Below are positions 23,521 to 34,499 of a stretch of DNA of 64,000 nucleotides, piece after piece. Numbering within the stretch: the stretch's first letter is position 1; every line of letters starts with the position of its first letter. A program made the position numbers and the translations under genes. The DNA is from an uncultured Gammaproteobacteria bacterium (lineage in GTDB: Bacteria; Pseudomonadota; Gammaproteobacteria; UBA9214), in the NCBI GenBank assembly GCA_963701455.1, contig CAVPAE010000010.1:114351-178350 (forward strand), written 5' to 3'. A model generated the notes under the pieces. That model had not been told where the DNA came from, did not search any database, and was given only the letters and a program-made list of their open reading frames with translations.

Positions 23521-24921
23521 CGGCGCCGCCAGGTCGTGCCGCCGGCGCCGTCTTCGAGGACGATGCCCTGCGCTACCAGTTCATCGCGCAGGCGGTCCGC
23601 CTCCGCCCAGTCCTTGCGCTCCCGTGCGCTCGATACGGCGTGCAATCAGTTCCTCGACAGCCGCTTCTGAAAGCCCCCCGGCAGCGGCGTCCTGCACCGT
23701 CGCGGATTCACGCAGGTAGCTCTCGGGGTCAACCTGCAGCAGTCCCAGGATGCCACCCAGCTGTTGCAAACAGCCGGCGAGACTGCCGGCGAGGTCTGCG
23801 TCGGTTTCCCTGCATTTGTTGATCTCCCGGGCCAGCTCAAACAGGACCGCGATGGCTTCCGGGGTATTGAAATCATCATCCATGGCCGCATGGAAGGCGG
23901 TAGTGTAGTACTCGCATTCAGGCCCGGGTGTCGCGACAGGAGCCAGGCCGCGCAGGCTGGTGTACAGCCGTGTCAGGGAAGCCTTGCCCTGCTCCAGGTT
24001 GTCCTGTGAGTAGTTCAACGGGCTGCGATAATGACTGGCGAGGATGAAGTAGCGCACGTCCTCCGCCCGGTAGCTTTTCAGGATTTCCCGAACCGTGAAG
24101 AAGTTACCCAGCGACTTGGACATCTTCTCGTCATCGACGCGCACGAAGCCGTTGTGCATCCAGTAATTCACAAAGGGCTCGCCGGTGGCGGCCTCGGACT
24201 GCGCAATCTCGTTTTCATGATGCGGAAACTTCAGGTCCATGCCGCCGCCGTGAATATCGAAATGCGCGCCCAGACACCCGGTTGACATGGCCGAGCACTC
24301 GATATGCCAGCCAGGACGACCGGCGCCCCAGGGAGAGGGCCAGCTGGGCTCGTCCGGTTTCACGGTTTTCCAGAGAACGAAGTCGAGCGGGTCACCCTTG
24401 GCGGTATCTACCGCAACCCTGGCGCCTGCCTGCAGATCGTCCAGTTGCTTGCCGGACAGACGGCCGTAACTGTCAAAGCGACTGACATCGTAGTAGACAT
24501 CGCCGTTGTCACCCTGGTAGGCATAACCCTTGTCCACCAGTTTCGCGATCATTTCCACGATGCTGTCCATGGACGATGTTGCCCTGGGCTCGAGGTCCGG
24601 CGGCAGGACTCCCAGCGAGGCGGCATCCTCGTTCATGATCTCGATGAACCTGGTCGTCAGCGTCTGGATATCCTCGTGGTTTTCGTTGGCGCGCTGGATG
24701 ATCTTGTCATCGACATCGGTGATGTTGCGCACGTAGGTGACGTCATAGCCCGCTTCCCGGAGATACCTGACTACCACATCGAATACCACCATGACGCGGG
24801 CATGGCCGAGATGGCAGTAGTCATAGACCGTCATGCCGCAGACATACATGCGGACCTTGCCGGGTTCGATGGGCTTGAAGACATCCTTGCTGCCGGTAAG
24901 GGTGTTGAAAATTTTCAGCAT
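23517..24921 (-). CDS. cysS: Cysteine--tRNA ligase (frameshift near the C-terminus)
   Basis: [22 protein letters not shown] and KMSKS motifs. One extra base at about 23627; removing it restores [14 protein letters not shown]...TTWRRR-stop at 23517. Confidence 0.96.
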
Positions 24922-25136
24922 CGAGTGTTCTCTTGGTTATGGCCGTGCGAAAAAGTGGTCGGTTCCGGACCGGCAGGGATGGCATACTCGGTGTCCCTGG
25001 ATCACCCTGTTGCCAGCGACATGGCGCGGCCATGGTAACGGAAAGCCGCGCCGGCGACAAAGCGCCGGCAGACTTGTAAAGACAACAGAAGCTTATATCA
25101 TTGGCATATTTTATCCCCCCTCACCCGGAGACTGAA

Positions 25137-25736
25137 ATGAAACGACTACTTGGCATGGTGCTGACCGTGGCTATCGGCATGCTGCCCGCAGCAGGCTACA
25201 GCACTGAAGATCAATCACCCACAAAAGGAGCAGGCATGGTTAACATCACTCTGGAGACCAGTAAAGGCGACATCAGGATTGAACTCGACGCCGAAAAGGC
25301 CCCGGCCACAGTGGCCAACTTCCTCGACTACGCCAGGGCCGGTCATTACGACAACACGGTTTTTCACCGGGTGATTGGCGGATTCATGATCCAGGGCGGT
25401 GGCTTTGATACCAGCATGCAGCAGAAGCCCAGCAACGCACCGGTCAAGAACGAGGCGGACAACGGCCTGAAAAACGTTGCCGGCACCATTGCCATGGCGC
25501 GTACCAGCGATCCGCATTCCGCAACCGCCCAGTTCTTTATCAATGTCAGTGACAATGCCTTCCTGGATTTCAAGTCACCGACTCCCCAGGGCTGGGGTTA
25601 CGCGGTTTTCGGCAAGGTAACCGATGGCATGGATGTCGTCAGGACCATTGAAAAAGTCGAGACCGGAAATAAAGCAGGTCACCAGGACGTGCCGGTGACG
25701 GACGTGATCATCAAGAAAGTCATCATCGAGGAATAG
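25137..25736 (+). CDS. ppiB: Cyclophilin-type peptidyl-prolyl isomerase (ppiB locus) with an N-terminal signal-like extension
   Basis: FHRVI..FMIQGGG, AMART, SQ/AQFFIN and YAVFG motifs. Lies between cysS and lpxH. Confidence 0.9.
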   Translation: MKRLLGMVLTVAIGMLPAAGYSTEDQSPTKGAGMVNITLETSKGDIRIELDAEKAPATVANFLDYARAGHYDNTVFHRVIGGFMIQGGGFDTSMQQKPSNAPVKNEADNGLKNVAGTIAMARTSDPHSATAQFFINVSDNAFLDFKSPTPQGWGYAVFGKVTDGMDVVRTIEKVETGNKAGHQDVPVTDVIIKKVIIEE

Positions 25737-25748
25737 CGGCGCATCCCG

Positions 25749-26483
25749 ATGCCGGGCACGCTGTTTATATCGGACCTGCACCTTGACCCGGAGCGCCCGG
25801 CCGTCACGGCATTGTTCCTCGAGTTTCTGGCAACGCACGCCAGGCAAGCGGATGCCGTTTACATTCTCGGCGACCTGTTCGAGGCATGGATCGGCGACGA
25901 TGACGCAAGCCCGCTGAACCTGGAGGTCATACAGGGAATCAGGGCATGTGTCGATGCCGGCACGCCGGTATTCGTGATGCATGGTAACCGTGACTTCCTG
26001 CTTGGCGAACGCTTTGCCGCGCAGAGCGGTTGCGTACTGCTCGCCGATCCCGCCCGCATTGATCTCTATGGTGTCCCTACCCTGCTGATGCACGGCGACC
26101 TGCTGTGTACCGACGACACGGAATACCTGGCATTCAGGGAGATGGTTCGCGACGGCGGCTGGCAGACGGAATTGCTGGCGAAGCCGCTCGCGGTACGCCG
26201 GGAAATGGCGGCGGAAATGCGCAGGAACAGCAGGGATAAAACCGCGGGCAAACCGGAATCGATTATGGATGTGAATCCGGATACAGTGCTGGATACCATG
26301 GCGCAGCACGCTGTCGTGCAACTGATCCACGGGCACACCCACCGGCCCGGCGTGCATACCTTGCAGATCGCGGGGCAAGCTGCCAGGCGCTTTGTGCTGG
26401 GAGACTGGTACGACCAGGGCAGCCTGCTGGAATGCGACCGGGATGGCTGCCGACTGCAGGATCTCAGGCTGCAGGCTCGCTAA
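25749..26483 (+). CDS. lpxH: UDP-2,3-diacylglucosamine diphosphatase
   Basis: FISDLHL, GDLFE, GNRDF, HGD, HGHTHRP and VLGDW motifs. Confidence 0.96.
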   Translation: MPGTLFISDLHLDPERPAVTALFLEFLATHARQADAVYILGDLFEAWIGDDDASPLNLEVIQGIRACVDAGTPVFVMHGNRDFLLGERFAAQSGCVLLADPARIDLYGVPTLLMHGDLLCTDDTEYLAFREMVRDGGWQTELLAKPLAVRREMAAEMRRNSRDKTAGKPESIMDVNPDTVLDTMAQHAVVQLIHGHTHRPGVHTLQIAGQAARRFVLGDWYDQGSLLECDRDGCRLQDLRLQAR

Positions 26484-26501
26484 GCCGGCGAGAAATTCGG
26501 G

Positions 26502-27239
26502 CTAGTGGTCGGGCCGGAATCTTTCGTAGGCTTCCGGCAGTTCGAACAGGTCTGCGTCTACCGTTGCTGCCTCGCTGAAATCCACCAGTGTGCGCCGGTA
26601 GCCGGTCTCGTCCCACTCCTGGATTGGCAGGCCATGGCGCAGATGCCGGGCTGGGGCGTAGACATAACGTGACAGGAAACAGGGTGTCAGCATGTCCCCA
26701 GGCACCGAAGCGAGGTCGCTGAACTGGCGATTTCCCAGCGCGGTCGCATAGTCCGCAAGCGCCGTAGCGACCGGTTCCAGCAGGCCCGGCACCACCATGG
26801 CGTGATAGCACACCGTGCCACTGGCGAGTAAGCGGATATACTCCGGGTGCTTTCCCGCGATTTCCGGTGCGGCTGTATCGGCAGCGCGCTCCTCGGTAAG
26901 CACGAGTTCATCCGGCGCTGCCTCCGCGGCAGGGTAGTCGGCGATGACCAGGATGCTCTGGTCCTCGTGACTGACACTGTAGATAGTCTGTGTCTCGCGT
27001 TCCATCAGCATGAAATCGCTGGCATCGTAGCCATCATCAAAACGCAGGAATCGCTCGCTGACCAGTATTCGCAGTGGATAAGGCTCGACACCGGCTTCCT
27101 GCTCCTGGTAGCTGAGCAGGGTAACCGTCGCCTGTTCCTGGCTTCCCCCGTCCGGTTGTGTGCATGCCCCGGCAAGCAGGACAAGCAGCAGTGCGAGAAA
27201 CCATGTAGCGATTATCGAACCTGGCTGTGCGTTGTTCAT
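26502..27239 (-). CDS. Hypothetical lipoprotein
   Basis: Hydrophobic leader ending in LAGAC. The C-terminal LFELPEAY resembles DUF4412-like tails. ATGA overlap with the upstream gene. Confidence 0.7.
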   Translation of the reverse strand: MNNAQPGSIIATWFLALLLVLLAGACTQPDGGSQEQATVTLLSYQEQEAGVEPYPLRILVSERFLRFDDGYDASDFMLMERETQTIYSVSHEDQSILVIADYPAAEAAPDELVLTEERAADTAAPEIAGKHPEYIRLLASGTVCYHAMVVPGLLEPVATALADYATALGNRQFSDLASVPGDMLTPCFLSRYVYAPARHLRHGLPIQEWDETGYRRTLVDFSEAATVDADLFELPEAYERFRPDH

Positions 27240-28051
27240 TTGCCGGCACCCGCCATTGTGTCAAGCATATCGATTTCCTCCTGGGAAAAGCCGGCCTGCT
27301 TCCTGGCTGGCGTATTGAGGGGCATGGTGTTGTGTCCGGGCAGGTGTTGTTGCAGCAAATCTGCAAATGTCTTCACGGGGTCCAGTCCACGCTGCCGGCA
27401 AACATACTGAAACCAGCGGCTTCCTGCCAGGACATGACCGATCTCGTCATCCAGAATCCTTTCCAGGATGGCCGCACTGCGCATATCCCCCGCCTGTTGC
27501 AGGCGCGCTATCATCCCGGGGGTAACATCCAGGCCGCGTGCTTCCAGTACCCTGGGAACCAGCGCCATGCGCAGCAACACATCATCCGCCGTCTTGCAGG
27601 CCATTTCCCAGAGGCCGTTATGGGCCGGAAGGTCGCCGTAGGCATGGCCGGTTTCCTGCAGGCGCTGCAACAACAGCTGATAATGCAGCGCTTCATCCTC
27701 CGCAACACTGATCCAGTCGCTGTAAAAATCCGCCGGCAAGTCGCGAAACCGGTACACGGCATCCCATGCCAGATTGATGGCGTTGAACTCGATGTGCACC
27801 AGGGCATGCAGAAATGCGGCCTGTCCCGCCGGCGTGGTGAGCTTGCGGCGTTTTACCTTTGACGGGTGCACCAGTTCGGGCTTGTCGGGACGTCCCGGGA
27901 TTGCAATCGACTCCGGTGATTTGTCCGTCGCCAGCGAGCACTGGCCTGCCCGCCACAGTGCAGCCACCTGTCGGGTCAGCGCGACTTTTTCATCCGGATC
28001 CCGGCTGGCGATACAGGCACGGGCATGGTCAAACAGGCTTTCTCCCGACAT
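27236..28051 (-). CDS. DUF455 ferritin-like (diiron) protein
   Basis: HALVHIEFNAINLAWD, DEALH, LEARGLD and DEIGHV motifs. Confidence 0.9.
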   Translation of the reverse strand: MSGESLFDHARACIASRDPDEKVALTRQVAALWRAGQCSLATDKSPESIAIPGRPDKPELVHPSKVKRRKLTTPAGQAAFLHALVHIEFNAINLAWDAVYRFRDLPADFYSDWISVAEDEALHYQLLLQRLQETGHAYGDLPAHNGLWEMACKTADDVLLRMALVPRVLEARGLDVTPGMIARLQQAGDMRSAAILERILDDEIGHVLAGSRWFQYVCRQRGLDPVKTFADLLQQHLPGHNTMPLNTPARKQAGFSQEEIDMLDTMAGAGK

Positions 28052-28077
28052 GGCGATCCCCGCTCCTGTTGCCGCTG

Positions 28078-29264
28078 TCAGCGTGCCGCCGCCAGCCCGC
28101 GTTCCAGGTCAGCGCACAGGTCTGCCGTGTTTTCCAGACCAACCGCCAGGCGAATCATGCCATCGGTGATGCCGGTCGCCTCGCGCTGCTCCGGTGCCAG
28201 CCGGCCGTGGGTGGTGGTCGCGGGGTGGGTAATCGTACTTTTGGCGTCGCCGAGATTGGCGGTGATGGAGAAGATACGGGTGGCATCGATCAATTCCCAG
28301 GCATCCGCCCTGCCCCCCTGCAGTTCGAATGAAACAATGCCGCCAAAGCCGTCCTGCTGGCTGGCTGCCAGTGCGTGTTGCGGGTGCGAGGCAAGCCCCG
28401 GATGAAACACGCGAGCCACGCCGGGTTGTTGTTCCAGCCAGCGCGCGAGTTCCAGGGCGCTGGCGCTGTGCGCCTGCATGCGCAGTGACAGCGTTTCCAG
28501 CCCCTTCAGGAATACCCACGCATTGAACGGGCTCATGCACGGGCCTGCCGTGCGCAGGAAACCGAAGACATCCTTGCCGACGCGTTCAGCGTCGCCCACC
28601 ACGGCGCCGCCGACACAGCGGCCCTGCCCGTCCAGGTATTTGGTGGCGGAGTGAATGACGATGTCGGCACCCAGTGCCAGTGGCCGCTGCAGCGCAGGTG
28701 TGCAGAAACAGTTGTCTACCGCCAGCAGGCAGTCATTGGCCCGTGCCAGTGCTGCCAGTTGTGCGATGTCCGCCACTTCCGTGAGCGGGTTCGACGGCGT
28801 TTCCAGGAACAGCAGGCGTGTCTGCGGGCGGATGGCCGCCTCCCACGCCGCCAGGTCGGTCAGGGGAACGAAGCTCGTTTCTATCCCGAACCGCGCCAGG
28901 TAGGTCGTGAACAGGACGGTTGTGGTACCGAAAATACTGCGCGAGGAGACAATATGGTCACCCGCCTGCAGCAGGCCGGCACAGGTTGCCAGTATCGCCG
29001 CCATGCCGGACGCGGTGGCAACGCAGCTTTCCCCCCCTCCAGTGACGCCAGCCGTTCCTCGAATGTCCTGACGGTGGGATTGGTGAAGCGCGAGTAGATG
29101 TTACCGGGCTGGTCACCGGAAAACCTGGCAGCGGCTTCGGCCGCGCTCCCGAATACGTAACTGGACGTGGGGAAGATGGCTTCCGCATGCTCGCCTTCCG
29201 CGCTGCGCCGCTGTCCGGCGCGTACCGCCCGCGTTTCGAAGTTGAACTCGTCATATGCTGGCAT
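28078..29264 (-). CDS. metZ: O-succinylhomoserine sulfhydrylase (frameshift in a G run)
   Basis: YSRFTNPTV, ETPSNP, HSATKY and NLGDAKS motifs. The G7 run at 29031-29037 needs G8 to restore the frame. Located after purF. Confidence 0.93.
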
Positions 29265-29316
29265 GATCTTTCTCCCGTCCCTTCCCGATTCCGTGCTTGC
29301 GGTTTGCCATGCGGGC

Positions 29317-29351
29317 AAAAAAAAACCCGCTTTCAGCCAAACGAAAGCAGG
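29317..29351 (-). terminator. Leader terminator (expression platform) upstream of metZ
   Basis: CCTGCTTTCG-TTTGGC-TGAAAGCGGG followed by T9. Confidence 0.8.
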
Positions 29352-29357
29352 TGCCGT

Positions 29358-29407
29358 CGCTTTAGCTGTATTTATGAGGCGCCCGCAAGCTGAAATCAAA
29401 TCGGCGC
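29358..29407 (-). ncRNA. SAM-II-class riboswitch aptamer
   Basis: GCGCC-GATTTGATTTCAGCTTGCG-GGCGC-CTCATAAATACAGCTAAAGCG: P1 stem with GATTT, GCTTGC, AAAT and GCTAAA elements of SAM-II, directly upstream of a Met biosynthesis gene. Confidence 0.8.
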
Positions 29408-29419
29408 AATTGCATTACC

Positions 29420-29448
29420 ACACTAGTCGAGGCCCGGGAGCCTGTCAA
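29420..29448 (-). promoter_or_regulatory. Sigma70 promoter for the metZ leader
   Basis: TTGACA-N17-TAGTGT, placing +1 just 5' of the aptamer. Confidence 0.7.
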
Positions 29449-29464
29449 TATTGCGTGCCGGCCG

Positions 29465-30976
29465 TCAGGCGCTGTTATGCAGGTCGATCACTTCATCATC
29501 GCGCGTACGGCGGCCATGCTTGGCGGCATCGCTGCGGGATGCCTGCAGGTCACTGAGGTAATCGACGCCAATGTCGCCGGTAATGTATTCCCCGGTAAAC
29601 ACGGAAGCATCAAAGCTGTTGATGACGGCGTTGCCCTTCTTGACCGCATCGATGAGATCATCGAGGTCCTGGAATACGAGCCAGTCTGCCCCGATCTCCC
29701 GGCAAACCTCCTCGTCGGTTCGTCCATAGGCGATCAGTTCGTCGGAATTCGGCATGTCGATGCCATACACGTTCGGGTGCCGTACCGGCGGTGCGGCCGA
29801 GGCGAAATAGACCTTGCGGGCACCGGCATCCCGTGCCATTTCGATAATTTGCGAGGACGTTGTGCCACGCACGATCGAATCGTCAACCAGCAGGACGTTC
29901 TTGCCGCTGAATTCCAGGTCGATGGCATTGAGCTTCTGGCGCACCGATTTCTTGCGCTGCTGCTGGCCGGGCATGATAAAGGTGCGCCCGATATAGCGGT
30001 TCTTGATAAAGCCCTCGCGGTACTTGATGCCCAGGTTGTATGCCAGTTGCATGGCCGAGGTGCGACTGGTATCGGGAATCGGGATCACCACGTCGATGTC
30101 ATGGTCGGGCCAGACGCGGCGTATCTTGTGCGCCAGCTTTTCTCCCATACGCAGGCGTGCCTTGTAGACTGACACATTGTCGATAATGGAATCGGGTCTT
30201 GCCAGGTAAACGTACTCGAAGATGCAGGGTGACATGACCGGATTTTCCGCGCACTGCCGGCGGTAGATTTTCCTGTCGAGCGAAATGAATATCGCTTCAC
30301 CCGGTGCAACATCGCCAAGTAGCTCGAAACCCAGTACATCCAGCGCGACGCTCTCCGAGGCCGCCATGTACTCGGTTCCCGTAGGTGTTTCCCGCTTGCC
30401 GTATACCAGCGGGCGGATCCCGAAGGGATCGCGGAAGGCCACGATACCGTAACCGGTGATCATTGCGACCGCGGCATAGGCGCCGCGACAGCGTTTGTGG
30501 ACGCCTGCCACCGCGTTGAATATGTCACCCACTTCCATGTGCAGCTTGGCGAACCGCTGCAGTTCATGGGCGAGGACATTCAGCAGTACCTCGGAATCAG
30601 AGTCGGTATTGATCTGCCGCAGGTCTTCGCGAAACAACTCCTGTTTCAGCTTGTCTGCATTGGTCAGGTTACCGTTATGGGCCAGGCTGATGCCGTAGGG
30701 AGAGTTAACGTAGAACGGCTGCGCCTCGGCAGAGCTTTCACAGCCTGCAGTCGGATAGCGTACATGCCCGATGCCCATGTTGCCGAGGAGGCGCAGCATG
30801 TGGCGGGTATGAAAAACGTCACGGACCAGGCCATTGCTCTTGCGCAGGTGCAGGCGCTGGCCGTCAGAGGTGATAATGCCAGCCGCATCCTGACCGCGAT
30901 GCTGCAATACCGTCAGGCCGTCGTAGATTGCCTGGTTAACAGTACCATGGGCAACTACGCCGATGATGCCACACAT
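29465..30976 (-). CDS. purF: Amidophosphoribosyltransferase
   Basis: MCGIIG Ntn start, QHRGQDAAG, and [14 protein letters not shown]-binding motif. Confidence 0.98.
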   Translation of the reverse strand: MCGIIGVVAHGTVNQAIYDGLTVLQHRGQDAAGIITSDGQRLHLRKSNGLVRDVFHTRHMLRLLGNMGIGHVRYPTAGCESSAEAQPFYVNSPYGISLAHNGNLTNADKLKQELFREDLRQINTDSDSEVLLNVLAHELQRFAKLHMEVGDIFNAVAGVHKRCRGAYAAVAMITGYGIVAFRDPFGIRPLVYGKRETPTGTEYMAASESVALDVLGFELLGDVAPGEAIFISLDRKIYRRQCAENPVMSPCIFEYVYLARPDSIIDNVSVYKARLRMGEKLAHKIRRVWPDHDIDVVIPIPDTSRTSAMQLAYNLGIKYREGFIKNRYIGRTFIMPGQQQRKKSVRQKLNAIDLEFSGKNVLLVDDSIVRGTTSSQIIEMARDAGARKVYFASAAPPVRHPNVYGIDMPNSDELIAYGRTDEEVCREIGADWLVFQDLDDLIDAVKKGNAVINSFDASVFTGEYITGDIGVDYLSDLQASRSDAAKHGRRTRDDEVIDLHNSA

Positions 30977-31008
30977 AAATCTATCCTCTTGGCGGGCAGC
31001 AGCCCTGG

Positions 31009-31506
31009 CTACGCATAGGTGATGCCGGAGGCGATTTCTGCGGGCAAAAAGCTGCGCATCCACATCGCCAGTTCCTCGAAGTAGCCAAGCAGTTGGGAAT
31101 CCTGCCACCAGGGATCCTGCGGGATGGGTGTGAGTCCGGCAAGCAGTACCAGGATGGCGACGATGACTGCGCCACGCGCGACACCGAAAACAATTCCCAG
31201 CATCTTGTCCGTTCCGCTGAAACCGGTCCGGTCTACGAGTTTGCTCACCAGGTAGTTGATCAGGGTGCCCAGCAGCAGGACACAGATGAACAGCAGTGCG
31301 AAGGCCGTGATCTTCTGGGCTGAGGGAACCTGGATCCACTGGGCCAGCCAGACGGCCAGATCCTCGTAGAACGTCATCGCGATCCAGAGTGCAACCAGCC
31401 AGGTTGCCAGTGCCAGTGCCTCCCTGACGAACCCGCGAAACAGGCTGAGTATCGCGGACAGGGCAATCAACGCCAGTATCACCACATCAATCCAGGCCAT
31501 CGTCAT
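31009..31506 (-). CDS. cvpA: CvpA family membrane protein
   Basis: [10 protein letters not shown] and [10 protein letters not shown] motifs. Directly upstream of purF. Confidence 0.94.
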   Translation of the reverse strand: MTMAWIDVVILALIALSAILSLFRGFVREALALATWLVALWIAMTFYEDLAVWLAQWIQVPSAQKITAFALLFICVLLLGTLINYLVSKLVDRTGFSGTDKMLGIVFGVARGAVIVAILVLLAGLTPIPQDPWWQDSQLLGYFEELAMWMRSFLPAEIASGITYA

Positions 31507-31624
31507 AGTTACCTCTGAATGTGTGAGCGTGGAACGCCCGGTTCCCTGACTTCAAACAAAATTCTCATTGTCCGCGTATTTTAGCAGATCATCCGCCGCA
31601 ATCGCCACGCAGAACCGCCCCCGG

Positions 31625-32221
31625 CTAACCCGGATACTCGATTACGATTCCCTTGATTTTCTGCTGTTTCTCCAGCCGTGCATTTTGCTGCTCTGCGCTG
31701 GCGCGGGAGGTGGCGGGTCCCACCAGCACACGATATACCTGCGCCTTGCCGATGTTGATTGCCTGCAGCCGGGTGCTATGGCCTGCCGCCTGCAGCCGGT
31801 CGCGCAGACCTTCAGCATTCATCTGCTGACTGAAACTGCCCACCTGGATGTACCAGCCCGGTGGCGGGACGGGCAGTGAGTCGCTCTGAGTTGCTGCAGC
31901 AGCAGGTGGTGGTGGAGTTTGTACTGCGGGCTTGGCTGGCTGTACAGGTTCGGGGGGGGGCTCTGCCGGCTGCACAGCTGCCGGCACCGGGACAGGTTCC
32001 AGCACTTCTGCGGGTCCGGTTTCGGCAATTTCCTCGGTTTCGACAGGCGGCAAGGCCAGTTCCATATCGACCCCGTAATCCATCCTCGGTGGTTCCGGCA
32101 TGCTGTGGCTGCGCGGCGACCACTCGTCGTCTGGCCCTTCCAGGATGATCGGAATGAAGATGACGGCCAGTGACACGAGAACAATTGCGCCAACCAGTCT
32201 TTGTTTCAGTTTCTGCTCCAT
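31625..32221 (-). CDS. dedD: SPOR-domain cell division protein
   Basis: KQRLVGAIVLV N-terminal TM segment, Pro-rich linker and C-terminal SPOR domain (IQVGSF, YRVLVGP). Confidence 0.88.
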   Translation of the reverse strand: MEQKLKQRLVGAIVLVSLAVIFIPIILEGPDDEWSPRSHSMPEPPRMDYGVDMELALPPVETEEIAETGPAEVLEPVPVPAAVQPAEPPPEPVQPAKPAVQTPPPPAAAATQSDSLPVPPPGWYIQVGSFSQQMNAEGLRDRLQAAGHSTRLQAINIGKAQVYRVLVGPATSRASAEQQNARLEKQQKIKGIVIEYPG

Positions 32222-32276
32222 AGCGGCTCCGCATTTCCTGGCGGTTATCGGGCAATCAGCAGTTCACAGGCGGTGA

Positions 32277-33536
32277 CTATACATGACATGACATTGCCTC
32301 CGCCACGGTAATAAACGAACCGCAGACAACCACCCTGTCACCGGCCGCGGCCCGCGTCTGCGCATAATCGCTGGCAGCGGCCACGCTCGGGAACTCGTGC
32401 GCAGCATTTGCCGTAATCGGCAGCATTTGCCGCAGCTCAGCGGCGGATAGTCCGCGTTCCACATCCAGGCTGGCCAGGCACCAGTGATCCACCCTGGGTG
32501 CCAGTGATTCCATGAAGGCAGCGGCATCCTTGTCCTGCAGCATCCCCAGTACCAGCCAGGTGTCGCCGCTGGCCGGAAATTCTTCCAGCATCTGTGCGAG
32601 ACGCAGGCCACTTGCCGGGTTATGGGCGACGTCGAGGATTACATCTACCGTACCCGGCAGAATCTGGAAGCGTCCTGCCAGGGTAACGCTGCGCAGTCCG
32701 GCCTGGATCGCCCGCCGGGAAACGGGAAAACGCTCCCGCAGCGACTCCAGCACCATCAATACCCCGGCGGCATTGTCGTATTGATGCACACCGGCAAGCG
32801 CGGGCGGCGGCAGTTGCCGGTAGCTGCTGTTCGGCCCTTGCCAGTCCCAGCCGGATCCGGTTACCTCAAACGAGAACTCCCGGCCCAGCGCAAACCATGA
32901 GGCGCCCAGCCCCACGGCGGTTTCTTCGAGGCTGGCCGGCGGTGCCGGGTCGGCACAGACAGCCGGGCGGCCGGGGCGAAAAATACCGGCCTTTTCCCGC
33001 CCGATGGTTTCGCGGTCAGTGCCCAGCCAGGCGCTGTGGTCGATATCGATGGCGGTTACCAGGGCTGTGTCGGGATCGACAATATTCACCGCATCCAGGC
33101 GCCCGCCCATGCCGACTTCCAGCAGGGCAATATCCAGGCCTGCGGCAGCAAACAGCTGCAGCGCCGCGAGGGTGCCGAACTCGAAATAGGAGAGGGTTTC
33201 CTGGCCGCGGGCCTGGTCCACGCAATCGAAGGCGCTGCACAGTTCGCTGTCAGTTGCCAGTTGTCCGGCGATGCAGATGCGCTCGTTGTAACGCAGCAGA
33301 TGCGGCGAGGTGTAACTTCCGACCCGGTAACCGGCCGCGCCGAGGATGGCGGCCAGCAAAGCCACGCTGGACCCCTTGCCGTTGGTGCCCGCGATCGTAA
33401 TGACGCCATACTCCGGCTGCAGCAGGCCCATTCGGTCTGCGACTGCAGCGACCCGTGCCAGTCCGAGGTCGATCTTTTGCGGGTGCAGGGTTTCCTGCCA
33501 TGCCAGCCAGGCGGGCAGAGAATCAAAGCGGGGCAT
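32277..33536 (-). CDS. folC: Dihydrofolate synthase / folylpolyglutamate synthase
   Basis: GTNGKGS, YTSPHL, EVGMGGRLDAVN and DVAHNP motifs. Confidence 0.96.
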   Translation of the reverse strand: MPRFDSLPAWLAWQETLHPQKIDLGLARVAAVADRMGLLQPEYGVITIAGTNGKGSSVALLAAILGAAGYRVGSYTSPHLLRYNERICIAGQLATDSELCSAFDCVDQARGQETLSYFEFGTLAALQLFAAAGLDIALLEVGMGGRLDAVNIVDPDTALVTAIDIDHSAWLGTDRETIGREKAGIFRPGRPAVCADPAPPASLEETAVGLGASWFALGREFSFEVTGSGWDWQGPNSSYRQLPPPALAGVHQYDNAAGVLMVLESLRERFPVSRRAIQAGLRSVTLAGRFQILPGTVDVILDVAHNPASGLRLAQMLEEFPASGDTWLVLGMLQDKDAAAFMESLAPRVDHWCLASLDVERGLSAAELRQMLPITANAAHEFPSVAAASDYAQTRAAAGDRVVVCGSFITVAEAMSCHV

Positions 33537-33588
33537 CGCCGGGCAAGTGCCTGTCGCTGCGCTGTCGGGGGGCGCTGGTCCTGCCGGT

Positions 33589-34452
33589 TCAGCTGGCGAC
33601 GGGCAGACGCATGAGCATGGAGAGCAGGCTGGCGACTTTCTCGCGCATTTCACGCCGGTCGATAATCATGTCGATTGCGCCATGTTCCAGCAGGAATTCA
33701 CTGCGCTGGAATCCTTCCGGCAGGGTTTCCCTTACCGTCTGTTCGATGACGCGCGGACCGGCGAAGCCGATGAGCGCCCTGGGTTCGGCGATATTGATAT
33801 CCCCGAGCATGGCAAAACTGGCGGAAACCCCGCCCATGGTGGGATCGGTCAGCACGGAAATGTACGGGATACCGGCTTCGGACAGCTTTGCCAGGGCCGC
33901 GCTGGTCTTGGCCATCTGCATGAGCGAGAACAAGGCTTCCTGCATGCGGGCCCCGCCGCTGGCGGAAAAGCATATCAGGGGCCTGCGTTCCTGCAGGCAC
34001 AAACTGGCGGCGCGAACAAAACGCTCGCCGACCACGGCCCCCATGGAGCCTCCCATGAACCTGAATTCAAACGCGGCCGCGACGACCGGGATCTCGTGCA
34101 GGGTGCCCTGCATGGCAATCAGCGCATCTTTCTCGCCGGTCGTCTTCTGTGCCAGGCTGAGACGGTCCTTGTATTTCTTGCTGTCCCTGAATTTCAGTAC
34201 GTCAACCGGTTCCAGTTCGGCGCCGATTTCCCGGGAGGATTTTTCGTCCAGGAACATCTTCAGGCGCTGCCGTGCACCGATCCGCATATGGTGGCTGCAC
34301 TTGGGGCAGACATCCTGGTTGCGCTCCAGTTCGGACCGGTACAGGACGGCTCCGCAGCCATCGCACCTGACCCACAGGCCTTCCGGCACGGTACGCTTGT
34401 TGCCACCGACGGTGCGGATCTTTGACGGAACGAGTTTGCTGAACCAGCTCAT
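33589..34452 (-). CDS. accD: Acetyl-CoA carboxylase carboxyltransferase beta
   Basis: C4 zinc finger, GGSMG, GGARMQE and [11 protein letters not shown] motifs. Confidence 0.97.
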   Translation of the reverse strand: MSWFSKLVPSKIRTVGGNKRTVPEGLWVRCDGCGAVLYRSELERNQDVCPKCSHHMRIGARQRLKMFLDEKSSREIGAELEPVDVLKFRDSKKYKDRLSLAQKTTGEKDALIAMQGTLHEIPVVAAAFEFRFMGGSMGAVVGERFVRAASLCLQERRPLICFSASGGARMQEALFSLMQMAKTSAALAKLSEAGIPYISVLTDPTMGGVSASFAMLGDINIAEPRALIGFAGPRVIEQTVRETLPEGFQRSEFLLEHGAIDMIIDRREMREKVASLLSMLMRLPVAS

Positions 34453-34499
34453 GGATGCAATTCTACCTGTAGAAGTCGTTTAAATAAAAATAACAGCTG

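Noticed and set aside
29031-29037. Phase-variable poly-G switch in metZ
   Set aside because: A G7/G8 discrepancy is the typical long-read error, and similar indels hit aroC, glgC and cysS. It cannot be supported without reads.
29465-31339. 624-aa PurF and similar N-terminal extensions of Tgt, FolC and PrmB in the ORF track
   Set aside because: The extensions overlap upstream genes. PurF needs Cys at position 2 (MCG at 30976), and the other genes have conventional downstream starts.
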